DNA of 64,000 nucleotides, taken from the NCBI GenBank assembly GCA_963708025.1, contig CAVPSB010000049.1:160001-224000 (forward strand), read 5' to 3'. Below the pieces are notes generated by a model that did no database searches, was not told where the DNA came from, and saw nothing but the letters and a program-made list of their open reading frames with translations. The DNA is from an uncultured Candidatus Rokubacteria bacterium. GTDB taxonomy: Bacteria; Methylomirabilota; Methylomirabilia; Rokubacteriales; DASRDR01. Numbering within the stretch: the first letter of the stretch is position 1; each line of letters begins with the position of its first letter. A program made the translations under genes and the position numbers. Below are positions 48,875 through 60,080 of this stretch, one piece after another.

Positions 48875-49910
48875 GATCTGCGCGTAGGCTCGGGTGTCTG
48901 GGAGATCAGGTGAGGAGCGTAAACGAGCCGCGTGGGTCGGACGCCCTCCGGCGCCAGCGCCACAACGGCTTCCCGCCCGACCGAAGCGGCGTCGAGGACG
49001 TCAAACATGGCCGCGGAGGGCAGGAGCGCACGCCGGGACACGCTGGTGTCGATCGCGCCGGGAATCCGCCTGCCGACGATGACCGCCTGCTGACCGAGAA
49101 AGAGGGCCGAGTCGCGAGCGCCCGATCCGCTGAGCCGCGAATCACCTTCTTCCACCAGCTTGACGGGGGCCGAACATTGAGCCCCGGCAGCGGCGGCGGC
49201 GAGGCAGTCCCTAACCGACCCACCGTCCGCGAAGGGTCGTCCGAGCAGTCCTTCCCGAACCGCGGCCCGGCAGAGCTCGAAGCCGCTGCCCCGGGTGAGC
49301 GCAGCCCGGAGCGGCTGGGCGCCGATGACTCCCTGCTCGGCGGGCAGACGGACAGCTCCGATCGCGACTCCGCCCACCATGGCCACGACGTTGAGCTCCG
49401 AGCCGGCGACGTGGACGCAGGGAAGCTCTCCGGTGACCTCGATCGCCACCCAGTCAGTGTCGACCTTGCGCGTCGGCGCGGGCTCGTCGGTGGCGTTCGG
49501 GTCGTAGAAACGCTCCAGCGGCCAGTGTCAACGGTGCCACAGTTCCTGCAGGAATACCGTCCACCCCACCCGCGCGTGGATGTCCCGCCGTAACATGTCT
49601 TGGCTGTCCGGAGCCGAGGGTGTGAGCCGCGTCGATCCCCTCCAGAGTGATCGACCCTGCGCGTCCTCGTGGACCTCGAGCTCGGAATAGACGGTCCGCT
49701 GAAAGAAGCGCTCCAGGATCTGCCAGCCGAACTCCGCCGCAATCGAGTCGGCCAGAACATACCCGAGCACCGCACCGTCAACGACCGGGAGCTCGCTTCG
49801 TACTCGGGGTAGGTCTGGCCCACGACGGAGGCGAGGGTCTCGCCGATGTACGGGGCCACGTTGTAGGCAGGGATGACGATGCTGACGACGGGACGGCGTG
49901 AGACCCCAGT
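48875..49910 (-). pseudogene. Fragmented large GT2-domain protein
   Basis: VSIVIPAYNVAPYIGETLASVVGQT abruptly joined (~49797) to downstream-domain fragments with stops and frameshifts. Confidence 0.65.
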
Positions 49911-50564
49911 GAACACGAAGCCTACCCTCTTTGCGCTTTCCGAATACCCGGTGGACAAAGGTTCGCGCACAGGCGACCGGCGCGATCGGATTCCCTGGGC
50001 GACCGCGCGGGGAGGTCAGCGCGCGAGCGCCCGCATCTGGGTGAGGAGCAAGGAGCGTGCCCAGTGGCAACATCGCGCCGTTGCCCCAACACTGCGAGGG
50101 GGGCACTGTAAGACATCGATCGGCGGGCGTCAGCGCGCTGATGTGCAGAGCTCGTAACAATTAGGGGTAAACCCTCCATAGCAAGCGCAGCCGCCTGCGT
50201 TCAGCTCGACACGATCACGCGACGTCGGTCGGAGGTTCAACGACGTCTCGCGCCCCGGAGATGCGGGGGTCGGCGCAGTTGTCACACACCACGGCGAGGT
50301 CGAGCTTAGATGGATTGATACGGCTTGATACGGCGGCTGGCGCATGGGGCCCGAGTGGGCTATGCTGGCGGCGCCTGGGCGAGGGATCCCTCGCAGCGAA
50401 TGGGGCGTTCGAGCGGCCTGCGATCCTGCATTGTTGACTCGTTCTCTAGGCGAGCAGACACCTTCCGTCCGTCTCGACGACGATCCGTGGCCGGGCGGGC
50501 TCGGGAGTGCGCTGGGCCCATGAGCCGCGGCCGGCGCCGGTAACCACTCGCCGAGGGAGCGCCG

Positions 50565-51509
50565 GTGTTCCGCTTCCTCTTTCGCCGCCTCGGGCAGACG
50601 CTCGCCGTCCTGGTCACGGTCTCGCTCATCGTCTTCTTCCTGATCCGGCTGATCCCCGGCGACCCGGTCATGACGATGCTTGGAAACGAGTACACCGACC
50701 AGGCGTACCGGGAGCTGCGGGAGAGGCTCGGCCTCGACCGCCCGGTCCCCGTCCAGTACGCGATGTGGCTTGGCGACGTCGCCCGCGGCGACCTCGGGTA
50801 CTCGCACGTCCTCCACGAGGACGTCCGGGTCCTGGTCCACGACGCCTTCCTGCCGACGCTGTCCCTGGTGCTCGCCTCGGTGCTGGTGGGGCTCCTGATC
50901 GCGGTGCCGTCGGGCATCGTCGCCGCGATGCGGAAGGACGGGCCCTGGGACTACGGGTCCATGGGGTTCGCCATCTTCATGTACTCGATGCCGAGCTTCT
51001 GGAAGGGCATCGTGCTCATCTGGATCTTCAGCGTCTACCTGGGGTGGTTCCCGGCCATGGGCTACGCCCACCCCTGGGTGGACGTCCGCGAGGCCGCGTG
51101 GAAGCTCGCCCTCCCGGCGATCACGCTGGGCACCTTCTTCTCGGGCTTCGTCGCCCGCATCATCCGCTCGAGCCTCCTGGAAGTCCTCGGCCAGGATTAC
51201 ATCAAGGCCGCCCGGGCCAAGGGCGTCCGGCGGGCGGCCCTGGTCTACCGGCACGCCCTGGCCAACGCGCTGATCCCGGTCGTCACGGTCGTGGGCCTTC
51301 AGTTCGGCACGCTGCTGGGCGGGGCCGTGCTGACCGAGACCGTGTTCGCCATTCCCGGCATGGGGCGGCTCACGGTGGGCGCCATCCTGAACCGCGACTA
51401 CCAGCTCGTGCAGGCGGCCATCCTGACCGGCGTCGTGTTCGTGGTGGCCGTCAACCTGGTGGTGGACGTGCTCTACGCTTTCCTGAACCCGCGGATCCGG
51501 GTGACCTGA
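50565..51509 (+). CDS. dppB: Peptide/nickel ABC permease
   Basis: LIPGDP, LGLDRP.PVQY, DYIKAARAKG EAA loop, GGAVLTETVF, RDY. Confidence 0.93.
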   Translation: MFRFLFRRLGQTLAVLVTVSLIVFFLIRLIPGDPVMTMLGNEYTDQAYRELRERLGLDRPVPVQYAMWLGDVARGDLGYSHVLHEDVRVLVHDAFLPTLSLVLASVLVGLLIAVPSGIVAAMRKDGPWDYGSMGFAIFMYSMPSFWKGIVLIWIFSVYLGWFPAMGYAHPWVDVREAAWKLALPAITLGTFFSGFVARIIRSSLLEVLGQDYIKAARAKGVRRAALVYRHALANALIPVVTVVGLQFGTLLGGAVLTETVFAIPGMGRLTVGAILNRDYQLVQAAILTGVVFVVAVNLVVDVLYAFLNPRIRVT

Positions 51510-51517
51510 GCGCGGCC

Positions 51518-52423
51518 GTGGCGACGCTCGAAGGCGCGAGCCCGCCCTGGACGCCGACGGCCGCGGCCGCCCGCGAGGAGGCCGGGAGCGGGGTACGCCG
51601 CTGGTGGCGCCGCTTCGCGCGGAACCGGGGGGCCGTGTTCGGGCTGGCGGTCTTCCTGGCGATGGTGGCGATGGCCATCTTCGCCGACGGACTAGCGCCC
51701 TACGACCCGGTGGCCCAGGGCGTGGGCCGGGCGCTGGAGGGCCCGTCGGTCCGGCACTGGGCGGGGACCGACGGCTTCGGACGCGACATCCTGAGCCGGA
51801 TCCTCCACGGGGCGCGCATCGCGCTGGTGGTGGGCGTGGTGGCGGTGGCCGCCGCCATGGTCGTCGGCGTGGGTCTGGGCCTCGTCGCCGGCTACTACGG
51901 GGGACGGCTCGACGCGATCGTGATGCGGGTGATGGACGGCCTGTTCGCGTTCCCGGTGATCTTCCTGGCCATCGCCACCATGACCGTGCTCGGCTTCGGG
52001 GTAGCGAACGTGATCGTCGCGGTGGCGGTGGGCCTGGTGGCGCCGTTCGCCCGCGTCACGCGCGGAGACGTGCTGGCGGTTCGCGAGGAGCCCTACATCG
52101 AGGCGGCGCGGCTGGCGGGGGTCCGGACCCCGGCCATCATCCTCCGGCACGTCCTGCCCAACGTGACGGCACCCATCATCGTTCAGGCCGCCCTGTACGT
52201 GTCCGGGGCGATCATCACCGAGGCCGGGCTGTCGTTCCTGGGCCTCGGCCCGCCCCCGCCGACTCCGGTGTGGGGCTCCATGATCGCCGAGGGTCGCAAC
52301 TTCATCGTCATGGCGCCCCACGTCTCGACGATTCCGGGCCTGGTCCTCACCGTCACCGTGGTCGGGCTGAACCTGCTCGGCGACGGGCTGCGGGACACGC
52401 TGGACCCCCGCCTCCGCCGATGA
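51518..52423 (+). CDS. dppC: Peptide/nickel ABC permease
   Basis: GTDGFGRDILSR, YIEAAR..G, RHVLPN, EAGLSFLGLG, GDGLRDTLDPR. Confidence 0.93.
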   Translation: MATLEGASPPWTPTAAAAREEAGSGVRRWWRRFARNRGAVFGLAVFLAMVAMAIFADGLAPYDPVAQGVGRALEGPSVRHWAGTDGFGRDILSRILHGARIALVVGVVAVAAAMVVGVGLGLVAGYYGGRLDAIVMRVMDGLFAFPVIFLAIATMTVLGFGVANVIVAVAVGLVAPFARVTRGDVLAVREEPYIEAARLAGVRTPAIILRHVLPNVTAPIIVQAALYVSGAIITEAGLSFLGLGPPPPTPVWGSMIAEGRNFIVMAPHVSTIPGLVLTVTVVGLNLLGDGLRDTLDPRLRR

Positions 52424-52451
52424 GCGGCACCGGGCCGAGACCCGTCGCATC

Positions 52452-52570
52452 CCGTCGTCCTCGGTCGGAGGCGGTCCTCAGCGTATGCGGCATACGCTTC
52501 CGGCCGCCTCCTCCCTGCGTCCTTCGGACGGCCTTCGGCCTGTGGGGGCTGCTCGGGTCTCGGCCCGGTG
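52452..52570. repeat. REP-like repeat with nested micro-hairpin between dppC and dppD
   Basis: Homologous to 2752-2850, with GACGGCCTTCGGCCTGTGG at 52527. Confidence 0.7.
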
Positions 52571-52613
52571 CCATGCTCGGACCTACGGCCCTGGCTCGTC
52601 CGCGGATTGGCCG

Positions 52614-53594
52614 GTGAGCAGGCACGCGTCGGGCGAGCCGATCCTGGAGGTCCGCGACCTCACCGTCGAGTTCACGACCGAGCGCGGAGTGCTCCGGGCG
52701 GTGGACGGCGTGAGCTTCGCGGTGCGTCCGGGGGAGATCGTGGGGCTGGTGGGCGAGTCGGGCGCCGGCAAGTCGCTCACCTCCGAGGCGATCCTGCGCC
52801 TCGTCCCCTGCCCGCCGGGGCGGATCACGGGCGAGGTCCGCTTCCGGGGCCGGGACCTGCTCGCGCTGGACGAGGCGGCCCTGGCGCGGATCCGCGGGAA
52901 AGACATCGCGATGGTGTTCCAGAACGCGGGCGGGTCGCTGAACCCCGTGTTCCGGGTGGGCGACCAGGTGCTGGAAGCGATGACGCTTCACCTGCCCGAG
53001 TCCCGAAAGACGCTGCGGCGGCGGGTGGTGGAGACGCTGGCCCGGGTCGGCATCCCCTCGGCCGCCGCGCGGGCCCGGGACTACCCGCACCAGTTCAGCG
53101 GCGGCATGGCCCAGCGTGCGATGATCGGCATGGGCATGTCCTGCGTCCCGAGCCTCCTCATCGCCGACGAGCCCACCACGGCGCTGGACGTCACCATCCA
53201 GGCCCAGGTCCTGGCGCTCCTCCGAACCCTGGCGCGGGAGATGGGCGTCGCGGTGCTGCTCGTGTCCCACGACCTCGGGATCATCTCCCAGATGTGCCAC
53301 CGGGTGGTGGTCATGTACGCGGGACGCGTCGTCGAGGAGGCGCCGGTCGCCACCGTCTTCCGCGCCGCCGCGCACCCCTACACCCGGGCGCTGATCGACT
53401 GCCTGCCCCGGCTCGAGGGGGGCGACCGGCTGGGGGCCATCGCCGGGGTGATGCCAGGCCTCCGCGCCATTCCCACCGGCTGCCGGTTCCACCCCCGCTG
53501 CCCGCAGGCCGAGCCGCGCTGCGCCGCCGAGGAGCCGCGGCCCCGGGCGGTGGGGCCGGCTCACGTGGCGGCCTGTCACCTGGTGGGCGCCTGA
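52614..53594 (+). CDS. dppD: Peptide ABC ATP-binding protein
   Basis: [39 protein letters not shown]. Confidence 0.93.
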   Translation: MSRHASGEPILEVRDLTVEFTTERGVLRAVDGVSFAVRPGEIVGLVGESGAGKSLTSEAILRLVPCPPGRITGEVRFRGRDLLALDEAALARIRGKDIAMVFQNAGGSLNPVFRVGDQVLEAMTLHLPESRKTLRRRVVETLARVGIPSAAARARDYPHQFSGGMAQRAMIGMGMSCVPSLLIADEPTTALDVTIQAQVLALLRTLAREMGVAVLLVSHDLGIISQMCHRVVVMYAGRVVEEAPVATVFRAAAHPYTRALIDCLPRLEGGDRLGAIAGVMPGLRAIPTGCRFHPRCPQAEPRCAAEEPRPRAVGPAHVAACHLVGA

Positions 53595-54583
53595 TGCCGC
53601 CGCTCCTCGAGGTCCGCGACCTCGCGAAGCACTTCCCGCTGCGGGACGGCCTCCTGGGGCGCCTCACCGGGCGCCCGCCCCGCCTCCTGCGGGCCGTGGA
53701 CGGGGTCAGCTTCGCCGTCGAGGCCGGCGAGACCCTGGGGCTGGTCGGCGAGTCGGGGTGCGGCAAGACCACGACCGCCCGGCTGACCCTCCGGGCGATC
53801 GAGCCCACGGCGGGGCGCATCCTCTTCGAGGGCCAGGACATCACGGCGCTCCGGCCCCGGGACCTCCTGCCGTTCCGCCGGCAGGCCCAGATCGTCTTCC
53901 AGGACCCCTACAGCTCCCTGAACCCGCGGATGACCGTCGAGCGCATCGTCGGCGAGCCGCTCCGGGTCCACCACCTGGCCACCCGCGCCGAGCTCGGCGC
54001 CCGCGTCCGCGGCCTGCTCGAGATGGTGGGCCTCCAGGGCGAGCACGCCGGGCGGTACCCCCACGAGCTGTCCGGCGGCCAGCGCCAGCGGGTCGGCATC
54101 GCCCGCGCGCTCGCGGTGGGGCCGCGGCTCGTGGTGGCCGACGAGGCGGTGTCGGCGCTGGACGTCTCGGTGCGCGCCCAGATCCTCAACCTCCTGGTGG
54201 AGCTGCGCGAGCGGCTGCACCTGGCCTACCTCTTCGTCTCCCACGACCTCGGCGTGGTCCGCTTCCTGAGCCACCGGGTCGCCGTGATGTACCTGGGCCG
54301 GCTGGTGGAGGTCGCGACGACCGCCGAGCTGTTCAAGCGGCCGCTCCACCCCTACACCCAGGCGCTCCTCGGCGCGATCCCGACCATCGGCGACGGGACC
54401 GTCTCGATGTTCGACCAGCCGGGCCGCATCCTGGAGGGCGAGCTGCCGAGCCCGCTCGACCTCCCGCCGGGATGCCGGTTCGCGAGCCGCTGCCCCCGGC
54501 GCTTCGACCGCTGCCGGGTCGAGGACCCCCGCCTCGCGGAGGCGGAGCTCGGCCACGCGGTCGCGTGCCATCTCTACACCTAA
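53594..54583 (+). CDS. dppF: Peptide ABC ATP-binding protein
   Basis: [40 protein letters not shown]. Confidence 0.93.
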   Translation: MPPLLEVRDLAKHFPLRDGLLGRLTGRPPRLLRAVDGVSFAVEAGETLGLVGESGCGKTTTARLTLRAIEPTAGRILFEGQDITALRPRDLLPFRRQAQIVFQDPYSSLNPRMTVERIVGEPLRVHHLATRAELGARVRGLLEMVGLQGEHAGRYPHELSGGQRQRVGIARALAVGPRLVVADEAVSALDVSVRAQILNLLVELRERLHLAYLFVSHDLGVVRFLSHRVAVMYLGRLVEVATTAELFKRPLHPYTQALLGAIPTIGDGTVSMFDQPGRILEGELPSPLDLPPGCRFASRCPRRFDRCRVEDPRLAEAELGHAVACHLYT

Positions 54584-54595
54584 AGGAGGGTACCC

Positions 54596-56239
54596 ATGAA
54601 GAGCCGTGACGGGTTCGAAGTGGTCAACGCGCTGTGCCGCGACGAGGTGACCCGGCGCTCGGTCCTGCGCGCGCTGGGCTGGTCGGCGGTCGCCGCGGCC
54701 GGGGTGGTCCCGGCCGGCTGGGCCGCGCCGGCCTGGGCGCAGAAGCCGAAGGTGGGCGGGATGATCAAGGTCGGCGTGGACGAGAACATCGACACGCTCG
54801 ACCCCCACAACACCACCAGCATCGTCGCCTGCTCGATCCACAACAACATCTACAACGGCCTCCTGAAGACCACCTACGACGGCAAGAGCGTGGACTTCAA
54901 GCCGGAGCTGGCGCGGGAGTGGGAGATCCAGGGGGACCGGGTCCACATCTTCCGGCTCAACAAGGGGGTGACCTTCCACAACGGCGAGCCGTGCACGGCC
55001 GCCGAGGTGAAGTGGAACCTGGAGCGGGTCAAGGACAAGCAGCAGTCGCCGATCCACGCCTGGAAGCTCGATCTGCTCGAGGCCGTCGACACCCCGGACT
55101 CCCACACCGTCAAGCTGACGTTCCGCCAGCCCTTCCCCTTCCTCCGCGTGGCGCTGACGGGCTCGACCGGCCGGGCCGGCACGATCGTCAGCCCCAAGGC
55201 CGTCAAGGAGCTGGGCAAGGGGTTCGGCCGGAAGCCGGTCGGGACCGGGCCCTTCAAGTTCGTCGAGTGGAAGGAGGGCGACTCCATCCTGCTCGAGAAG
55301 AACCCCAACTACTGGGAGACCGACGCGTCGGGCGGGAAGCTGCCCTACCTCGATCGCGTGCTGATCAAGATCATCATCGAGCCGTCCACCCTGGTGGCCG
55401 CGCTCCAGACCGGCGAGGTGGACGGGGTCGCCAACGTGTCGCCCCAGTTCATGGCCCAGGTCCGCGCCGACGCGAAGCTGGCCGCCTACACCGTCACCGG
55501 CGGCAACTGGCGCTGCGTCCACTTCAACCTGACCCGCGAGCCGTTCAGCGACTTCAGCCTCCGCAAGGCGGCGGCGTTCGCGATCGACCGGAAGGAGATC
55601 GTCGACAAGGTCCAGTTCGGCGAGGCGATCGTGGCTCACGGGCCGATCTCGCCGCCCATGACCGGCTTCTACGACCCGGCGTTCTCGACCGGCAAGAACG
55701 GCCAGTACTACGACCTCGAGGCGGCCCAGGCGTACCTGGCCCGGTCGAAGCACAAGAGCGGCGTCGAGGCGCTCCTGATCACCCCGAACACCGGCACCTA
55801 CCCGCGCACGGCCGAGGCCATCCAGGCCCAGCTCGCCAAGATCAACATCAAGGTGAAGATCGAGGCCTCGGACTTCCCGACCTGGCGGCGGAAGTGGCTC
55901 CAGGAGCGCGCGTTCGACATGGTGCTGCTCCAGTGGGACGCCGACCTCGACCCGGACGAGACGATCTTCCCCGAGCTCCACTCCAAGGAGACCTGGAACG
56001 CCGGCCGCTGGAACAACCCGGAGTTCGATCGGCTGGTGGAGGCGGCGCGGCAGGAAGCCGACCAGAAGAAGCGGAAGTCGTACTACGACCAGGCGGTGAA
56101 GCAGATCGTCGAGGAGGCGCCGGCCGCCACCATCTTCCACGCCAACGAGCAGAAGGTCTTCCACAAGTACGTGAAGGGCTTCCAGGTGGTGCCGGCCAAC
56201 CTGATCAACATGCACGGGGTCTGGCTGGACAAGGCGTAG
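54596..56239 (+). CDS. dppA: Family 5 ABC substrate-binding protein, Tat-type signal
   Basis: TRRSVL signal, TLDPH, PELA, GVTFHNG, VGTGPFKF; AAGGAGG RBS. Confidence 0.93.
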   Translation: MKSRDGFEVVNALCRDEVTRRSVLRALGWSAVAAAGVVPAGWAAPAWAQKPKVGGMIKVGVDENIDTLDPHNTTSIVACSIHNNIYNGLLKTTYDGKSVDFKPELAREWEIQGDRVHIFRLNKGVTFHNGEPCTAAEVKWNLERVKDKQQSPIHAWKLDLLEAVDTPDSHTVKLTFRQPFPFLRVALTGSTGRAGTIVSPKAVKELGKGFGRKPVGTGPFKFVEWKEGDSILLEKNPNYWETDASGGKLPYLDRVLIKIIIEPSTLVAALQTGEVDGVANVSPQFMAQVRADAKLAAYTVTGGNWRCVHFNLTREPFSDFSLRKAAAFAIDRKEIVDKVQFGEAIVAHGPISPPMTGFYDPAFSTGKNGQYYDLEAAQAYLARSKHKSGVEALLITPNTGTYPRTAEAIQAQLAKINIKVKIEASDFPTWRRKWLQERAFDMVLLQWDADLDPDETIFPELHSKETWNAGRWNNPEFDRLVEAARQEADQKKRKSYYDQAVKQIVEEAPAATIFHANEQKVFHKYVKGFQVVPANLINMHGVWLDKA

Positions 56240-56306
56240 TCGCTCACGTCGCCGACTCCCTCTCCCTCCCCGTCGGGGAGGGAGAGGGTGGAGGGGACAC
56301 GGCCCG

Positions 56307-57820
56307 ATGAGCCAGGTCAGCCCGGCCGACCGCACCACCTTCGTCGAGTTCCAGGCCCGCAACCGCCGCGCCACCTGGAAGCTGACCGCCGCCTGCGCGC
56401 TCGTGGTCGGCGCGGGCGGCTTGCTCGCCGCCTTCGGCTTCATCGTCAACGTGGCGCTCGTCCTGTTCGCGGTGACGTTCGTCCCCGCCCTCGTCTTTTT
56501 CCTGCTGGGCTTCCTCGCCCTGCTGACGCCCGGGACCGGCGTGCTCAGCGATGCCCTGTTCTGGGTCGGGGGCGCGCTCCTGGGGAGCATCGCGGGGACC
56601 GTCCTGCCGTGGCTCGGGGACCACCCGGTGCTGCTCTGGGGCGCCGCCCTCCTGCTCCCGATCGGCGCGTGGCTCGCGGTGCGGTCGGTCTGGCTGGCCG
56701 CGGGCGTCGGCGAGACGCTCCTGGAAATGGGCGCGCGCGCGGCCGCCCCCGGCGACCTGGAGGAACGCCAGCTCGTCAACGTCGTCGAGGAGATGGCGAT
56801 CGCCGCCGGCATCCCGGCGCCTCGGGTGCGCCTCCTCGACGGCGCGGTCGCCAACGCGGCGGCGGCGGGCTGGGACCCGGCGGAGAGCTACGTGGTCGTC
56901 GGGCGGCGGGTGCTCGACGAGTTCGACCGCGACGCGACCCAGGGGCTGCTCGCCCACCTGGTCGGCTCGATCGGCAACGGCGACCTGCGGGGCGCGGCCC
57001 AGATCCACTCGCTCCTCTACGTCCTGGAGCTGATGATCGTGGTGGTGCTCGCTCCGTTCGCCCGCTTCTCGCGCCGGATCGCGCGGGCCTGGCTCGCCTT
57101 CCCGTTCGGGGCCGGCGGGCACGGCGAGGCGCGCGCGGAGCGGGCGCGGGTGCTGATCGGGCTCCTCGCCGAGCACCGCGCCCTCATGCAGGCGAGCGAC
57201 GGCAAGCCGGGGAGCGGCTCGGCCGCGACTACTTCGGCCGCGTGGGCCGCCTCCTGGTCGTCGCGTGCCCGCCCTTCCTCGCGCTCATCCTGTTCGCCCA
57301 GGCGGCGACCGGCTTCCTGCTCCTCTTCGCGAGCGCGCCGATGGCGCTGCTCTGGCGGAGCCGCCGCTACCTGGCCGACGCGACGGCCGTTCAGCTCACG
57401 CGCAACCCCACCGGCCTCTACGGGGCCCTCGCCCGGCTCGCCGAGTGCGGGGCGGTCATCCCCGGCGGTGAGCCGCTGGCCCACCTGTTCGTCGTCGGTC
57501 CCGAGGCCGCCGCGGGCCGCGAGCAGCAATGTCGGGAGCAGGAGATGGCCCGCTGGGTCGAGAAGCGCCAGGCGGAGAGGCAGGGGCGGGCCCCGGGCGC
57601 CTCGTCCCCGGGCACGTGGCTCGACGCCGCTGCGCAAGCGGCCAGCCTGGGCGGCGAGCTCGTGCGGAGCCAGGCAGGCTCTCGCGCCCGCGAGGACGCG
57701 GCCCGCCGCAACACCTTCTGGGAGCGCGAGGGGCTCCTGATGGGGATGCACCCTCCCCTCCACCGGCGGCTCCGGCGGCTCCACCGGATGGGCGCCGTCC
57801 CGAGAGCAGATTCCGGCTGA
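56307..57820 (+). CDS. HtpX/M48-like membrane protein with degenerate zinc motif (frameshift near 57195)
   Basis: NRRATW, ERQLVNVVEEMAIAAG, ANAAA, LLAHLVGSIGNGD, RRYLADATAVQLTRNP.GL, AHLF, HPPL..R. Confidence 0.8.
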
Positions 57821-57844
57821 GTGACCGCAAGGAGATTCGCGGCT

Positions 57845-57903
57845 CGGACTCCCCCTCCCCCCGGTGGGTGGGGGAGGGGGTTGGGGGGTGGGCGGGAGGT
57901 CCT
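57845..57903. repeat. REP-like palindrome between convergent genes
   Basis: CTCCCCCTCCCCC..GGGGGAGGGGG followed by GGGTGGGCGGGAGGTCC, the reverse complement of the 9621/58885 arm. Confidence 0.65.
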
Positions 57904-58704
57904 CGCGCAGGAAGCCGTCACCGCGGCCCAGAACTCCGGGGTCCCGCCGACGTCGTTGTGATCGGCGCCGGGGATGGCGACCCAGCGCCTGGGTCCGCTC
58001 CAGGCGTCGAACAGGCGTTTCGAATGCGCCGGGGGGATGATCCCGTCGCGCTCCCCGACGATCGTGAGCATGGGGACCCTGATCGCGGGCGCGCGGGAGC
58101 GCGCGTCGAACGGGTGGCGGAGGAGGAGCCCGACCGGCAGCCACGGGTAGTGACGTCGGCCCACCTCGATCATGCTCTCGAAGGGGGAGACGAGGATCGC
58201 GCCCGCCACCGGACGCTCGGCGGCGACGTGGGTGGCCACCGCGCTGCCGAGGCTCCGGCCGAAGAGCACGATGCGCGAGGTGTCCACGTCGGGCCGCCTG
58301 GCGAGCGCGTCGAACACGACGAGCGCGTCGGCGAAGAGGCTCCGCTCGGACGGCTTGCCCTCGCTGGCGCCGTAACCACGATAGTTGACGAGGGCCAGCG
58401 ACCAGTCGGCGGGCCAGCCTGGCCCCCGGGCCTGCCACGAGACCTCCTCGGCGTTGCCGCCGTAGTAGACGACGAGCGGGGCCGGCCCGGGAGCCGTCCC
58501 CACGAGCCAGCCGCGGAGACGCAGGCCGTCGGCCGTGTCGAAGACGAGTTCCTCGACGGGTCGGGCCAGGAGCGACGCCGGGGGTGGCCCGATCACGGGC
58601 TGGGGGAAGAACAGCAGGCTGTCCTGCATCAGGTACATGGCCGCCGGCACGCCGAGCACCGCGCCCACGAGCACTACGATCCAGCCGAGCACGCCGGGAT
58701 CCAC
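57890..58704 (-). CDS. Alpha/beta hydrolase (BEM46/ABHD-like); 3' end uncertain, runs into the repeat
   Basis: N-terminal TM, GGNAE, NYRGYG.SEG.PSE, GRSLG, GERD, GADHND. Confidence 0.88.
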
Positions 58705-58763
58705 CCTCCAGGGTGATTCAGAGGGGCTCAGTCGGGCCGGGGGGAGCTACGCGCTCCTCCAGC

Positions 58764-58990
58764 TCGCCGCGGCGCCTCGGCCCTGCGGCCCTCCGTGCGC
58801 CGCGTCCCTCCGGACGCCCCGGACCCCCCCTCCGGGTCTGCCGTCGCTCGCCACTCCAGGTCGATTCCGTCACGGCGTTTCTCGGGACCTCCCGCCCACC
58901 CCCCCGACCCCCCTCCCCCACCGTTCGACGGCCTTCGGCCTTTGGCTGGGGGGAGGGGGGAGCCGGAGGACCCCATTCCTTCACGGCCTC
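58764..58990. repeat. Composite of two dispersed repeat families
   Basis: 58764-58860 matches 4549-4648; 58880-58990 matches 9618-9705 and 58-150. Confidence 0.75.
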
Positions 58991-59884
58991 TCAGCGGATG
59001 CGATCGAGCACCGAGAGGCCCGGCAGCGCGAGCCGGACCACGAACAGGGCCGGCGGGGCGGTGATGAAGAGGATCTTCGCGTCGTAGCCGTAGAAGGCCA
59101 GGTTCGTCGCCACCACGGGGAGGCGCAGGATCCCGAGCGGCGTCCCGTCGGCCGCCACCACCCACACCCCGCCCGGCCCGGTGACGTAGGCGTGGCCCGC
59201 CGTGTCCACCTTCATGCCGTCGCCCACGCCCTCGGCCTCGTGGCGCATGACGAGCCACTGCCGGCGGTTCCGGAGCGACCCGTCGGCCGCCACGTCGAAG
59301 GCGGAAACCGAGTTGTCGGCCGAGTCCACGACGTACAGCCGGGACTCGTCGGGCGAGAACGCGAGACCGTTCGGGCGCGACAGCTCGGTCGTCAGCCGCG
59401 TCAGCCCGCCGTCCGGCGCGATCCGGAACACGCCGCAGGAGTCGAGCGCCATGTAGGACGGCGCCAGGAGCGGCTCGTCGGGGCCCAGGAAGATCGGGTC
59501 CGTGAAGTACACGGCGCCGTCGGAGCGGACCACGACGTCGTTCGGGGCGTTCAGGCGCTTGCCCTCGTGGTGGGCGGCCAGGACCGTGATCGTGCCGTCG
59601 GGCTCCGTGCGGGTCACCCGGCGCCGGCCGGCCTCGCAGGTCACCAGCCGGCCGCGTGGATCGAGCGTGTTGCCGTTGGCGCCGCCGGAAGGCTGGCGGA
59701 AGATGCCGGTACGGCCCGGCCGGGTGAAGCGGATGAGGGCGTCGTTGGCGATGTCGCTGAAGACCAGGTAGCCGTCCGGCAGCATGACGGGGCCCTCGGG
59801 GAAGCCGAAGCCGTCCCCGACCTGGCGGAGACTCGCCCCGTCCACCAGGTCCCCGAACCGCCGGTCCCACACGACGTGGTCCAC
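58991..59884 (-). CDS. SMP-30/gluconolactonase family protein
   Basis: FPEGP, FSDI, ANGN, LNAPND, YFTDP, PNGLAFSPD, DGMKVD motifs; TATAAT 8 nt upstream of GTG. Confidence 0.93.
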   Translation of the reverse strand: MDHVVWDRRFGDLVDGASLRQVGDGFGFPEGPVMLPDGYLVFSDIANDALIRFTRPGRTGIFRQPSGGANGNTLDPRGRLVTCEAGRRRVTRTEPDGTITVLAAHHEGKRLNAPNDVVVRSDGAVYFTDPIFLGPDEPLLAPSYMALDSCGVFRIAPDGGLTRLTTELSRPNGLAFSPDESRLYVVDSADNSVSAFDVAADGSLRNRRQWLVMRHEAEGVGDGMKVDTAGHAYVTGPGGVWVVAADGTPLGILRLPVVATNLAFYGYDAKILFITAPPALFVVRLALPGLSVLDRIR

Positions 59885-60080
59885 TGGCCGGGATTATAGC
59901 GACTTGCGCCGAGCTCGGCACGTCCCGAAATCGACACGGCTGTGGCACTCGGCCGGGCACGACGTGCTATCATCCGTCATCCTGACCGAGCCGTCACCAT
60001 CTCCGCCACCCACATCTGGCCCTCCAACAACGGTGAGGCGACGGCGACGCTCACGCCGAATTGAAAATGGCCTGGCAACC

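Noticed and set aside
53576-56854. 1092-aa minus-strand ORF and similar long ORFs (12782-15001, 18167-20215, 15188-17095)
   Set aside because: These are antisense or shadow frames of well-supported genes in high-GC DNA and have no recognisable motifs.
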